A stretch of DNA of 64,000 nucleotides from Eledone cirrhosa (GCA_964016885.1 OZ024752.1:41974001-42038000), one strand, 5' to 3'. Positions 30,648 through 44,001 are shown, counted from the first letter of the stretch. A program made the numbers and translations. Notes: generated by a model not told the origin, from the sequence alone.

Positions 30648-30876
30648 AAGGTGCATGGCTTAGTGGTTAAAGCATTGGGCTTGCAATCGAAAGGTTGTGA
30701 GTTCAATTCTCGGACCGGGTGATGTTGTTTCCTTGAGCAAGACACTTTATTTCACGTTGCTCCAGTTTATTCAGCTGTAGAAATGAGTACCTGCCCGCTC
30801 AGCCAGTGGGATGGCGTTATCTGTGACCAGCGGCGCCGGTTGGCGCCCGACAGACTGGTCGGTCAAGGTGGACAAG

Positions 30877-30923
<47 letters not shown>

Positions 30924-33900
30924 TAGACTACCTGTGATCCGTTGGGTCACTAATAGTTCAAGGTACCCGAAAAAAAACGCATCTCAGGAACCCGTGATCC
31001 GATTTACGTGAAACTTGTTTTATTCTGTTTGTATTCCCATTTGAGGGTTATGTTACTTTCAGAGTATTTTCCCATTATGCATCGTTTTGGCTGTATTACA
31101 TTACAGACAAGCAAGCAATCACAGAGTTTTAGTAGTATCATCATTTCACGTCTGCTTTTCCCTGCTTGCAAGGGTTGGATGGGTCCTATTCAGCACAGCA
31201 TCTCTCCACTTGTCACGGTCTTCGTCATCTCCTCGGTGAGTTTCAGCAAACTGAGGTCTGCTCTCATCACCTCCGCCCATGTTTTATGTGGTCTACCTCT
31301 ACTGCGTCTTCCTTCTACTGGGATTTCTTGGCACTTCTTTACCCAGCGGTCATCCTCCATGCGCATCACATGTCCATACCATCTCAGCCTTCTCTCCTGC
31401 ACACCACAACTTCACAACTTATCCCTCTTATACCCAGTTTCTTTCTCAACTCGTCTATGCTTGGTCATTCACGTACATTGACATTGCATATCCAACGGAG
31501 CATACTTGCTTCATTTCTCTCCAGCTGTCGCATATCCTCTGTGTTAGTACTTCTGCTGATTTCATATTTTTTTGTTTGTTTTTTTTGTATTTTATAATTC
31601 ATTTATATTTTGCATCTTTTTTTTTCTTCTTTCTACCCTCCCCCCAACTAAATCCTTCAGATAACAGGTTTGGTAACATTTTCCATTGGAGTATGGACCA
31701 CAACAGACAAAATCTTTCTCTCAGATATCATAGGTTCAAATCTTTATTCATCAGCATCCTATATGATGATCTTAGCTGGAGTTGTCATGACAATTTTGTC
31801 CATTTTAGGCTGTATCACATCCTGGAAAGAAATGAGATGTGGAATCTTTTCTGTAAGTCAACTACTTTTTGAAACTTCTTTTTTTATTTTTTTATTCGAC
31901 ATACATACACACACACATGTGTGTGTGAGTGTGTGTGTGTATGTTTTAGTAATATAACTAACTTGGTGTTTGGAACATAACTTAACAAAGGTTCTTAAAA
32001 TTATGACAATAATTTTCAAATATGTTTGGAAATAATCAAGAATATAGCTAAATTTCTCATTAAGTTGGTGTTTGGAACATAACTTATCAAAGGTTCTTAA
32101 AATTATGACTATAATTTTCCTATAAGTTTGGAAATAATTACGAATTTGGAGGGATTTAGTAATATAACTAACTTTCTTATTAAGTTGGTGTTTGAAACAA
32201 AGGTTCTTACATAAGATTATGTTGGAAGATGTTTTAAGATAAGTATAAACAATTGAAAATAAGGCAAATTAGCAGAGTCGTTAGAATGTCCAATAGAGTG
32301 CTCTATGATATTTGTTCCGGCTCTCTTAGTTCAAATCCTGCTGAGGTTAACTTTGCCTTAAAAAATAAAAAATGTACCAGTCTACTATTGGGGTCGATTC
32401 ATTCTCTACATCTTTCTCACTTTCTATCCTTCTCTGGAAGAAATCTGCTGTATTCAGGCCTGGAGAGGGATATGCTCCGCCAGGTTTAAAATGCCCAAGA
32501 AACACGATATGTCAATACAGCCCCCCTACGACTCTATCGGGAGTTATGGGACCATACCATAAACAATTTAAAACAGTTCTGTATCATAGAACCAGGGGCA
32601 GTTTCAGGACATTTGTATGAAAAGGGTTAAATATATTCTTTATCCTTTTGTTTCTCATTTTGAAAATATTTCTTTTTTTCCATTCATTTCAGTATTTTAT
32701 AATATTGCTATTTATACTTGTGTTCCTGGTGATAACATCAATTTTGGCTGTGGTCTTTCGGGGAGAGGTAAGACATCTTGAGACATCTTGAGACATCATT
32801 GTCATCATTACCACCCTCATTGTCATTTTCATCATTGTTATCACCGTCGCCATTATCACCATCACCATTATCACCATCATCACCGTCACCATTATCACCG
32901 TCATCATTATCACCGTCATCATTATCACCGTCATCATTATCACTGTCATCATTATCACCGTCATCATTATCACCGTCACCATCATCACCGTCATCATTAT
33001 CACCGTCATCATTATCACCGTCGCCATTATCACCGTCGCCATTATCACCGTCGCCATTATCACCGTCACCATTATCACCGTCACCATTATCACCATCACC
33101 ATTATCACCATCATCATTATCACCGTCATTATCACCGTCACCATTATCACCGTCGCCATTATCACCGTCGCCATTATCACCGTCACCATTATCACCGTCA
33201 CCATTATCACCGTCACCATTATCACCGTCACCATTATCACCGTCACCATTATCACCGTCATCATTATCGCCATCATCACTGTCATCACCATCATCATCAT
33301 CATCACTCTCATCATTACCACCATCATCATCACTATCATCATCACTATCATCATCACTATCATCATCACTATCACCATTGTAGAAACAATTATATCGGTA
33401 GAGGGTCGGACGCCATGCTTTCCAGCATAGTTACGTCCCTTTACGATCTGAGTTCAAATCCCGCCGAGGTTGACTTTACCTTTCATCCTTACGGGGTCGA
33501 TAAAATAAAGTACCAGTAATGCACTGGGTAATTGCTGGCCTTGTGCCTAAAGTAGAAACAATTATTATTAATTGAAGTAAATGTGAGGGCGGTGGATTGG
33601 CAGTATCGGTAGAGGGTCAGACGCCATGCTTTGCAGCATAGAGCTATGGCCCTTTATGATCTGAGTTCAAATCCCACCGAGGTTGACTTTGCCTTTCATC
33701 CTTATGGGTGTCGATAAAATAAAGTATCAGTAATGTACTGGGGTTGATTTAATCGACTTTCCCAGCCCCCAAAATTGCTGGCCTTGTGCCTATATAAGAA
33801 ACCATTAATTGAAGTAAATCCTTTCTTTCAGCTAGAAGATGGTATGTCAAAATCTATGGGAAAGACTCTTATCCAACAATATGGTAATAATATTGCACAA

Positions 33901-36900
33901 AATGAAGAAAACAGAGCTGTTACAAAAGCTTGGGATCTTACACAGAAAAGGGTAAGTTTTGCCAAATTTGAACCCCGTATGGGTTCACATGTTAAGAACC
34001 CCTTCCACTTCCATACACAACACACAATTGTGAAAGTGTATGGCCTAGCAGTTGAGGTGTTATGCTCATTAGGTGGTTTTGTTTCATACAACCAGGGGTT
34101 GTTTGGGGTAGTTTGAAAGAGTAAGTATTGCCAAATTTAAACGCCTTATGGGTTCACATGTTAAGAACCCTTTCCACTTCCATACACAACACACAATTGT
34201 TACAAAAGCTTGGGATCTTACGCAGGAAAGGGTAAGTTTTGCCAAATTTAAACCCCTTATGGGTTCACATGTTAAGAACCCCTTCCACTTCCATACACAA
34301 CAGACAATTGTTACAAAAGCTTGGGATCTTACGCAGGAAAGGGTAAGTTTTGCCAAATTTAAACCCCGTATGGATTCACATGTTAAGAACTCCTTCCATA
34401 CACAACACACAATTGTGAAAGTGTATGGCCTAGCAGTTGAAATGTTAGGCTCATTGGGTGTTTTTGTTTCATACAACCAGGGATTGTTTGGGGGTTGTTT
34501 TGAGTAGTTTGGTATCGAAAGGGTTAAAATGCTTGTTCTTGATGTATATTTTGTGTTAATCTGAAATATATTTTTGTATCACCTGACTTCTCACTAAATC
34601 TTTCTTCAGCTGGAATGTTGTGGAGTTGATGATAAAGGTTGGGAGATTTACAGAGAATCTCAGTGGTTCCGTGACCAATCTGGTGAGTTTATTTATTTAA
34701 AAAATGTTTTTTTTATTATTGTTAATGTTTTCTTTCACTGTGTGTAACTGGTTTACAATAGGTACACTGTATCCCTGTGTGTAACTGGTTTACAATAGGT
34801 ACACTGTATCCGTGTGTGTATCTGGTTTACAATAGGTACAGAGTATCCCTGTGTGTATCTGGTTTACAATAGGTACACTGTATCCCTGTGTGTATCTGGT
34901 TTACAATAGGTACACTGTATTCCTGTGTGTATCTGGTTTACAATAGGTACACTGTATTCCTGTGTGTAACTGGTTTACAATAGGTACACTATATCCCTGT
35001 GTGTATCTGGTTTACAATAGGTACACTGTATTCCTGTGTGTAACTGGTTTACAATAGGTACACTGTATTCCTGTGTGTAACTGGTTTACAATAGGTACAC
35101 TATATCCCTGTGTGTATCTGGTTTACAATAGGTACACTATATCCCTGTGTGTATCTGGTTTACAATAGGTACACTGTATTCTTGTGTGTAACTGGTTTAC
35201 AATAGGTACACTGTATCCCTGTGTGTATCTGGTTTACAATAGGTACACTGTATCCCTGTGTGTATCTGGTTTACAATAGGTACACTGTATATCTGTGTAT
35301 CTGGTTTACAATAGGTACACTGTATCCCTGTGTGTATCTGGTTTACAATAGGTACACTATATCCCTGTGTATATCTAGTTTAAAATAGGTACACTATATC
35401 CCTGTGTATATCTAGTTTAAAATAGGTACACTGTATCCCTGTATATCTTGTTTACAATAGGTACTCAATATATCTGTGTATCTGGTTTAAAATAGGTACA
35501 CTATATTGCTGCATGTATCTAGTTTGAAATGGGTACACTGTGTCCCTGTGTGCATCTGGTTTAGAATATGTACACCTTATCCTTGTGTGTCATAAGAGGT
35601 GACTATAAGGGTTGGCATCAAGAAGCGCCCTTAGCTGTAAAATATTGCTTCAAAAAGGACCCTTTGATGCATATGAGGTTTTTACATGGTTTTGAAAATT
35701 GTAGAGGGGCTGGGGTGGGGGGAGGGGAGGGGTTATCTTCAGATTGAAAACTTTGTCTAAATACCTGCAATGGATTTGAATCTACTAAATGTACCCAAGG
35801 GTCTAGTTGGTGGTGTTAAACCAAGCAATTGATTAAGTCAATCACTTTAACCCTTTAGCATTTACAATATTCTATATATATACTATTGTATCCATACACA
35901 TATGAGCGACCCACGATCACCCATCCATACATATGAGTGACTCACCATCACCCACCCACCTATACATACACGAGCGACCCGACATCACCCACCCACCCTT
36001 ACATACATAAGCGACCCACCATCGCCCATCCATTCATATATGAGTGACCCATTCATTCACAAGTGACCCACCATCACCCATACATAGACACTCACACACA
36101 CAATGTGCAGGTATGTGCAGTTGAGAATTCTGAAAATAATTCTAAAGTATTTATCTGTGCCTGTCTCTATTTATGTTAAATGTTTGTACATCTATCTGTG
36201 TGTCCTTCAGTTATGTCTATATGTTGACATTAGTCAATAGACAAATATTCTTATATAATGTTTTAAAATATCTATTTCTTACATCCTCCTTGTCTGTTTG
36301 TACATATTTGTGAAAATGAAAAAATACCTGAATTTAGCAGCTTAGACTACTTGTTAGTAAATAAGGTTAGTTATAGATAATCAAATGTGTCCAAGCTGTA
36401 CCCATCCTGTCTTTTCTTTTAGACATTTCTGTAAAGTTATGTTGGTACCACAACATCCAGTCCAAACTAAAGAGGTCGTGTAGGTGTCGCAACAAAAAAA
36501 GCACCCAGTCCACGCTGTAATGTGGCCATGTAGGAGACACGGTAAAAAGGCTCTCAGTCCACACTGTAAACATGGTTGGTGTTAGGAAGGGAATCCAGCT
36601 GTAGAAAACCTGCCAAAAGCAGTCCTATACGAGCGAAACACTGTCACCTGATCAATCTTGTCTCAAGTGGGAGGGACAATTCCCGTCTAACTCATGCTAG
36701 TGTGGAAGATAGACGTTAAATGATGATGATGATCATGATGATCATGTTGTTTTTAGGAATACATTATCTAATGTGTCTTTGTTCTTTAGCGGGCCTACAG
36801 TCCTACTATGAAAAGTAATGGGAAAAGAAGCATGTTGTTCAAGAACATAATGCACCGTCTGAGTCAGGAATCAAACCCACAATGAAGCCCTATAATTATA

Positions 36901-39900
36901 GATCTAACAACCTTACCAGTGGCCGTGCACCTTCACTTTCTCTTCTTGGAATGGATAAAAAATGGAAAATCTTTACCTTTACCTTGATAGCAGCCTGGTC
37001 AAAACTGGCTCTGGTTCTATGAAACAAAATCACCCATTTTTAAATGTTCCTATGTATACATCATCAAGAACAAGCATTTTAACCACCTCTGGTTCTCTGG
37101 AACAAACCATCTAATTTAACCCTTTAGCATTCACATTACTCTATATATACTATTATATTTTCATAGTAAAGGCTTTATCTCACATAATTATCTCACATAA
37201 TATCGAATCTATGAGATTTTGAAAGTATTTATTTTGAGAACAATACCTTAACATCAGTTTGAGCGACCAGTTACAGCCAGTTTCAACAGAAAGAAGTAGA
37301 AAATTCTGGCCGGTTTTGGCCGGTTTGAACATTAAAGGGTTAAAGAGTTTCTATTTAAATCAAAATCTTGCAACATAATTTTATATAAGAACCATATATT
37401 AAGTCACTATCTTGGTAATGAAATAATTGATAATTTTAGTAAATTTCTCAAAATTTCTTCATTAATTAATTGATATAGAGGGTATTTCATTAAAATATGT
37501 TCAGGAAGAGTTAACTTTTTATTTAATTTATTTTTTTTTTTTGCTTTTCTAGAATCTAAGCAAAAGTTTGTTCCTACTTCCTGTTGTAAAAATACCCACG
37601 TCAACAGATTAACCAGGCTGAGGCACTGTCAACAAGCCAGTATGGGGCCACCTCTTGTTCCAGACGGTTTCAAAAATGACTATTTATATTACCAGGTAAA
37701 TCTTTTTTCTCTTATTACTTTAGTATCGGTAGAGGGTCGGACGCCATGCTTTCCAGCATAGTTACGTCCCTTTACGATCTGAGTTCAAATCCCGCCGAGG
37801 TTGACTTTGCCTTTCATCCTTACGGGGTCGATAAAATAAAGTACCAGTAATGCACTGGGTAATTGCTGGCCTTGTTCCTAAAGTAGAAACAATTACTTTC
37901 AATGTTTATTTTGTCTCACCTAAATAAACTTTTCTTTGAAACATAATTACTGTATCCTCACCATTTTACGTCCCTTCTTCCATGCTAGCATGGGTTAGAC
38001 AGGTTGTCCTATTGTGGGTAATGTCCGGTCGGCTGACCTTGTCTTGCTCATACGGGAACTGATTCTGGCTTGATTTCTACAGCTGGATGCCCTTCCTAAC
38101 ACCAACCTCATTTACAGTGAGTGCTGGGTGCTTTTTTGCTGTGGCACCTCCACGACCACTTTGCAGTGGAATGATATGGACCCGAGTCCCTATCATCTCA
38201 TTTCTACAGCTGAGTAAACTGGAGCAATGTGAAATAAAGTGTCTTGCTCAAGGAAACATCACATCACCCGGTCCGAGAATTGAACTCACAACCTTTCGAT
38301 TGCAAGCCCAATGCTCTAACCACTAAGCCATGTGCCTCCATATATATACTTGGCTAATTGGCAGAGTTGTTAGAAAGTCGGATAGATTGCTTCATGGTAT
38401 TCGTTCTGGCTCTCTGTTCTCCGATTTCAAATCCCGCCATGGTCAATTTTGCTTTTCATTCATTCAACATCAATAATAAAAGTACCAGTCTTGTACTGGG
38501 GTCAATTCTTCCTCTATATCTCTTTCTCACTTTCTCTCTCTCTCACTTTCTATCTTTCTCTGGAAGAAATCTGCTGTACTCAGATCTGGAGAGGAAATGG
38601 GTTCCGCCAGGCTTAAAATGCCCAAGAAATACCTTATGTGAATATGGCGTCCCTAAGACTCACCCAGGAGTTACAGGACCATGCCATACCATACCGTACT
38701 TGAATATAAGCTGACCTCTACTATTTTATGTCGAAGAAATGGGCAAAAACCCAAACCCCATTTACAATCAGAGGCAGCTAATAAACAACTATAATGTAGT
38801 TTTTCACTTGATACCACATTCATTAGCTAGAGATTTCTGAAAAGTACAAAACAACACTATTGATTGGGTCACATTAGAAGCTGAAATATTTACTCTAATA
38901 CTGCAAAGTTTTACAATGATCTGTCCCCTAGCAAAGATACATAGGAGGTGTATGGAATAGTGGGATGGTAGAAGAAAGTGGTGCATACTAGATATATGCT
39001 TCAATCCGTGCAGTACACATCTTACATGCATCTCCTGTCTCTGTTCAACTATTAGAATCCCATTCTTCTCCACTTTTTTCCTTTGTCTGTTACTAATTAG
39101 GCCAATAGAGCCCCACCCTACCAATGATATCATTTTTATCTAGAAGCAAGGTAGGTTGAGAATTCTCAGTGTCTAAACATGATTTATTATGAGGTGGATT
39201 GGCAGTATCGGTAGAGGGTCGGACGCCATGCTTTCCAGCATAGTTACGTCCCTTTATGATCTGAGTTCAAATCCCGCCGAGGTTGACTTTGCCTTTCATC
39301 CTTACGGGGTCGATAAAATAAAGTACCAGTAATGCACTGGGTAATTTGCTGGCCTTGTGCCTAAAGTAGAAACAATTATGAGTATTTAGAGTCCCCATCA
39401 CGTAACATTCCATATTTAGGTATCCAGATTAATGGTTTTTATTTACAAATATCGTAACTATTTTGTGGCGTTTCTTTTACTTTCAGTGTTGTTATAATTC
39501 TGCTTATTTATAATATAATAAAGGGAGGAGTGTGGGACAGCGTCCATTTTATAATATTTTATAGTAAAATAATTTGGATTACTTTGAATAAATAAAATAA
39601 TTGTTTCTACTTTTGGCACAAGGCCAGCAACTATCCAGTGTATTACTGGTACTTTATTTTATCGACACCGTAAGGATGAAAGGCAAAGTTAACCTCAGCG
39701 GGATTTGAACTCAGAATGACAAGGGCCGTAACTCTCTGCGTCAAAGCATGGCGTCCGACCTTCTACCGATACTGCCAACCCACCGTCAATTACTTTGAAT
39801 AAATAATTGTTTCTACTTTTGGCACAAGGCCAGCAATTACCCAGTACATTACTGGTACTTTATTTTATCGACCCCGTAATGAATGAATATTATGTAATTT

Positions 39901-42143
39901 ATCTACTAAATTTTGTAGCTCTTGATTAAACATAAATATTCTTATATATAAAGTATTGCTTATTTTAAAATTCACTTCTTTAAAATTTTCAAATGTCTAC
40001 ACTTCCGGTTAGCGTCCGTTATATTATAACACTTATTACATCACTTATATAAACATTCATATATTTGCATCATTACATATGGTTTATATTTAGGTCGCTA
40101 ATTTTCTAATTTTTCCTTTTCATCACATTTTAGTTTATTATATATGCAGTTTATATAAAATATCTTTTTTTTAATGCATCATGGATTACTTTACTGATTA
40201 CAGAAGAGAGTATAACACAGACTTCATCCAATTTCTGTGCACATTGTCAATTACGATTTCCTTTGACATATCATGGAGGCACATGGCTTAGTAGTTAGAG
40301 CATTGGCCTTGCAATCGAAAGATTGTGAGTTCAATTCTCAGACTGGGTGAGCAAGACACTTTATTTCACATTGCTCCAGTTTACTCAGCTGTAGAAATGA
40401 GATGATAGGGACTGGGGTCCCTATCATTCCACTGCAAAGTGGCCGTGGAGGTGCCACGGCAAAAAAGCACCCAGCACTCACTGTAAATGAGGTTGGTGTT
40501 AGGAAGGGCATCCAGCTGTAGAAATCAAGCCAGAATCAGTTCCCGTCCCACCCTTGCAAGCAGGGAAAAGCGGACATAAAATGAAATGATGAAAATGAAT
40601 GATCATATCTACATGCATATATATTTGCTTATAATATTAATATGCACACTTACGTCCCTTTACGGACTGAGTTCAAAACCCGCCAAGGTTAACTTTGCCT
40701 TTCATCCTTAAGGGGGTCGATAAAATAAAGTACTAGTAATACACTGGGATAATTGCTGGCCTTGTGCCAAAAGTAGAAACAAATATTAATATGCACACTA
40801 TACATACTAGCAGAAAAACCAGAAGCAATTATGTTATGGCTTCCATCGTTGGACTGTGGGTCATGCTAGGGCATATCTATTCATTCACACTATATTATGT
40901 TTGTTTTACTTTCAGGGTTGCTAAAGGTTTAATTTAAGGGGTTTGACTGCTCTTACTAGTAGATCAAACAACCATGTAGAAGTCTGGTGGGGGTGGTGGT
41001 GGTGGTTGGAGTGATGATGGTTCTGGTGGTGGTGGTGGTGGTGGTTATGATGGTGATGGAACAGGTGATGGTGATGGTGGTAGTGGTGGTCATGGTGATG
41101 GAACAGTCCACCGCCCTATGTAATAGTGGTGGTGTGTTGTAGTAGTCTTTATAGTTGAAGTGGCAGGGAAGAGAGATTTGGTGGGAGGAAGACATGAGTA
41201 AAGATGTAGAGAGAGAGAGAGAGATCTATTCATTCACACTATATGTATGTTTGTTTTCTTTTCAGGGTTGCTATAATGCTGCTTATAAATTTGTGATGGA
41301 CCAAGCTGGTATTATGTTAGCTGTTGGCTTTTCTTTCTCAATTGTTTTGGTGAGTTCATAAGATATCGTTTGAGAAGCTTTAGCATTTAAACTGGCCATA
41401 TCCGGCCAGAATTCTCATTTCTTTCTGTTCAAACCGGCTATAACTGGCCACTCATACTGATATTAACACTTTAGCATTTAAACAAGCCATATCCGGCCAG
41501 AATTCTCATTTCTTTCTGTTCAAACCGGCTATAACCAGCCATTCATACTGATATTAACCCTTTAGCATTTAAACCTTCCATATCCGGCCAGAATTCTCTC
41601 ATTTCTTTCTGTTCCAACCGGCTATAACTGGCCACTCATACTGATATTAAGCTATTGTTCTCAAAATAAATAATATCAAAATCTCATAGATTTAATATTA
41701 TGTGAGATAAATCCTTTTCTGTGAAAATATAATAGTAAATACAGAGTAATATGAATGCTAAAGGGTTAAATATTTTTATGTGTGGTAAAAAAAATAATAA
41801 AGTACCACGATTGGCACAGAGTTGGCTACCCGCAGGTTTGATCCTCGTAAGCTGGAATGACTCTTCCAGTGCGGTTTCCTCACCATCCTCCAGGGAAACG
41901 CCTTCTATATTCTTTCCATTAGGGCAATGGCGCAGTTAACATGTGAGCCCTCATTTGCTCACAATAGTGAGAGATGGGGAAAGCGAGAGAGACGGAGGCA
42001 GTTTGGTTCTCTTCTGTTCTTGTCACTGTGGTTGTTGCTGTTGTTGTTGTCGCTGCTGCTGTTGTCGTCAGTGTTGTTCTTGTCACAGCCTTTGTTGTCA
42101 CTGCTGTTGTTGTTGCTACTGTTGTTGTTGCTGTTGTCGCTGC

Positions 42144-42181
<38 letters not shown>

Positions 42182-42541
42182 CTGCTGCTGCTGTTGTCGT
42201 CGCTGCTGTTGTTGCTGTTGTTGTTGCTGCTGCTGCTGCTGCTGTTGTCGTCGCTGCTGTTGTTGCTGTTGTTGTTGTTGCTGCTGTTGTTGCTGCTGTT
42301 GTTGCTGCTGTTGTCGCTGCTGCTGCTGTTGTCGTCGGTGTTGTTCTTGTCACAGCCTTTATTGTCACTGCCGTTGTTGTTGCTACTGTTGTTGCTGCTG
42401 CTGCTGTTGTCGTCGCTGCTGTTGTTGTTGCTGCTGTTGTCATCGCTGCTGCTGTTGTCGTCGGTGTTCTTGTCACAGCCTTTGTTGTCACTGCTGTTGT
42501 TGTTGCTGTTGTCGCTGCTGCTGCTGTTGTTGCTGCTGTTG

Positions 42542-42572
<31 letters not shown>

Positions 42573-43402
42573 TGTTGTCGTCGCTGCTGTTGCTGCTGTT
42601 GCTGTTGTTGTTGCTGTTGCTGCTACTGTTGCTGCTGTTGCTGTTGTTGTTGCTGCTGTTGTTGCTGCTGTTGTCGCTGCTGCTGCTGTTGTCGTCGGTG
42701 TTCTTGTCACAGCCTTTGTCACTGCCGTTGTTGTTGCTACTGTTGTTGTTGCTGTTGTTGTTGTTGCTGCTGTTGTCGTCGCTGCTGTTGTTGTTGCTGC
42801 TGTTGCCGTCGCTGCTGTTGTTGTTGCTGCTGCTGTTGTCGTTGCTGCTGCTGTTGTTGTCGCTGCTGTTGTTGTCACTGCTGTTGTTGTCGTCACTGCT
42901 GTTGTTGTCGTCGCTGCTGTTGTTGTCGTCGCGGCTGCTGTTGTCGTCGCAGCTGCTGCTGTTGTTGTCGCTGCTGTTGTCGTCGCTGCTGTTGTTGTCG
43001 TCGCTGTTGTTGTTGTTGTCGCTGTTGTTGTTGTCGTCGCTGTTGTTGTTGTTGTCGCTGTTGTTGTTGTTGTTGTCGCTGCTGTTGTTGTCATCACTGC
43101 TGTTGTTGTCATCACTGCTGTTGTCGTCGCTGCTGCTGTTGTCGTCGCTGCTGTTGTTGTCGTCGCTGCTGCTGTTGTTGTTGCTGCTGTTGTCGTCGTT
43201 ACTGCTGTTGCTGTTGATGCTTTTTTTTTTTGTTTTGTCAAACTATTTTTATTTTCTTATTTGTTTATTTTTTAATTGTTTTTTTAATTGTTTTTTTTTG
43301 TTTCTTTATTTACAGATCTGTGGTCTTCTGCTGTCACTTTGTCTCTTTAAATACCTTAAACGGACTCCAAAGAATAAAACACCACCAAGTGCACCACTCT
43401 AA
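29889..43402 (+). CDS. Tetraspanin gene, 8 coding exons, 275 aa, 6-Cys EC2 (CD151/TSPAN11-like; orthology not assigned)
   Basis: Exons 29889-29942, 31661-31852, 32693-32767, 33832-33951, 34610-34682, 37553-37695, 41266-41349 and 43316-43402 join in frame across GT..AG introns. Four hydrophobic segments; EC2 motifs W..TQ..LECCG, VPTSCC, HC and GC. Strong start context AAGATGG. Confidence 0.95.
30045..30220. repeat. 12-bp repeat TCTCCACCCCGC in intron 1
   Basis: About 13 units. Confidence 0.9.
31137..31540 (-). mobile_element. RTE-clade LINE 3' fragment (tetraspanin intron 1)
   Basis: [32 protein letters not shown] matches the RTE ORF C-terminus; ends in (TGA)n. Confidence 0.88.
31661..31852 (+). 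CDS. Tetraspanin exon 2 ([12 protein letters not shown]...[16 protein letters not shown]): end of TM1, EC1, TM2
   Basis: CCTTCAG acceptor, GTAAGT donor, 192 nt, phase 0/0. Confidence 0.95.
32693..32767 (+). CDS. Tetraspanin exon 3 ([25 protein letters not shown]): TM3
   Basis: TTTCAG acceptor, GTAAGA donor, 75 nt. Confidence 0.93.
32795..33378. repeat. 15-bp trinucleotide-derived repeat (CATTATCACCGTCAC)n in intron 3
   Basis: Direct inspection. Confidence 0.95.
33832..33951 (+). CDS. Tetraspanin exon 4 ([18 protein letters not shown]...[11 protein letters not shown]): EC2 helices A/B
   Basis: CTTTCAG acceptor, GTAAGT donor, 120 nt. Confidence 0.93.
34610..34682 (+). CDS. Tetraspanin exon 5 ([24 protein letters not shown]): CCG motif
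   Basis: TTCTTCAG acceptor, GTGAGT donor, 73 nt, ends in phase 1. Confidence 0.95.
34738..35570. repeat. 37-bp minisatellite in intron 5, ~22 copies decaying towards the 3' end
   Basis: Unit CTGTGTGTA(A/T)CTGGTTTACAATAGGTACACTGTATCC. Confidence 0.95.
37553..37695 (+). CDS. Tetraspanin exon 6 ([13 protein letters not shown]...RHCQQ...YLYYQ)
   Basis: T-rich tract plus TAG acceptor; phase 1 start matches exon 5; CAG/GTAAAT donor; 143 nt. Confidence 0.93.
41266..41349 (+). CDS. Tetraspanin exon 7 ([28 protein letters not shown]): last EC2 Cys and start of TM4
   Basis: TTTTCAG acceptor, GTGAGT donor, 84 nt. Confidence 0.93.
42020..43218. repeat. (GTT/GCT/GTC)n complex repeat in intron 7
   Basis: Direct inspection; source of the poly-Leu/Cys/Val/Thr ORFs. 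Confidence 0.95.
43316..43402 (+). CDS. Tetraspanin terminal coding exon 8 ([28 protein letters not shown])
   Basis: Long T-rich tract plus TACAG acceptor; TAA at 43400-43402. Confidence 0.92.
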   Translation: MCGLLLSLCLFKYLKRTPKNKTPPSAPL

Positions 43403-43674
43403 ACAAAAGGATTGCTTGTTTTAATGTATATATATATATTATATACTTTATATATACTATATATATATATACTATATATATACTATATATATATATACTT
43501 TAGTAATAATAATAATAATAATAAATGTGAAGACTAAAATACAAAGAGGGCTCGATAAGGATAAATATATATCAGATATATATATATATATATATATATA
43601 TACTTTATATACATATATATACTTTATATATACTTTATATATATACTTTATATACATATATATACTTTATATAT

Positions 43675-43711
<37 letters not shown>

Positions 43712-43730
43712 TTTATATATATATATATAT

Positions 43731-43765
<35 letters not shown>

Positions 43766-43962
43766 TTTATATATATATCTATATACTTTATATATATATA
43801 TATATATATATATTTTAGTAATAATAATAATAATAATAGTAATAATATGAAGACTAAAATCCAAAGAGGGATAAATATATATCAAATAGAGTATATATAT
43901 ATACTTTATATACATATATATATTTTATATACATATATATATAATATATATATATATATATA

Positions 43963-44001
<39 letters not shown>

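Noticed and set aside
36790-36814. Possible micro-exon between exons 5 and 6
   Set aside because: 25 nt would shift the frame; weak donor; exons 5 and 6 already join in phase.
41919-43402. 424-491-aa poly-Leu/Cys/Val/Thr ORFs, one in frame with exon 8
   Set aside because: Stop-free (GTT/GCT)n intronic repeat; a strong acceptor at 43315 explains the real exon.
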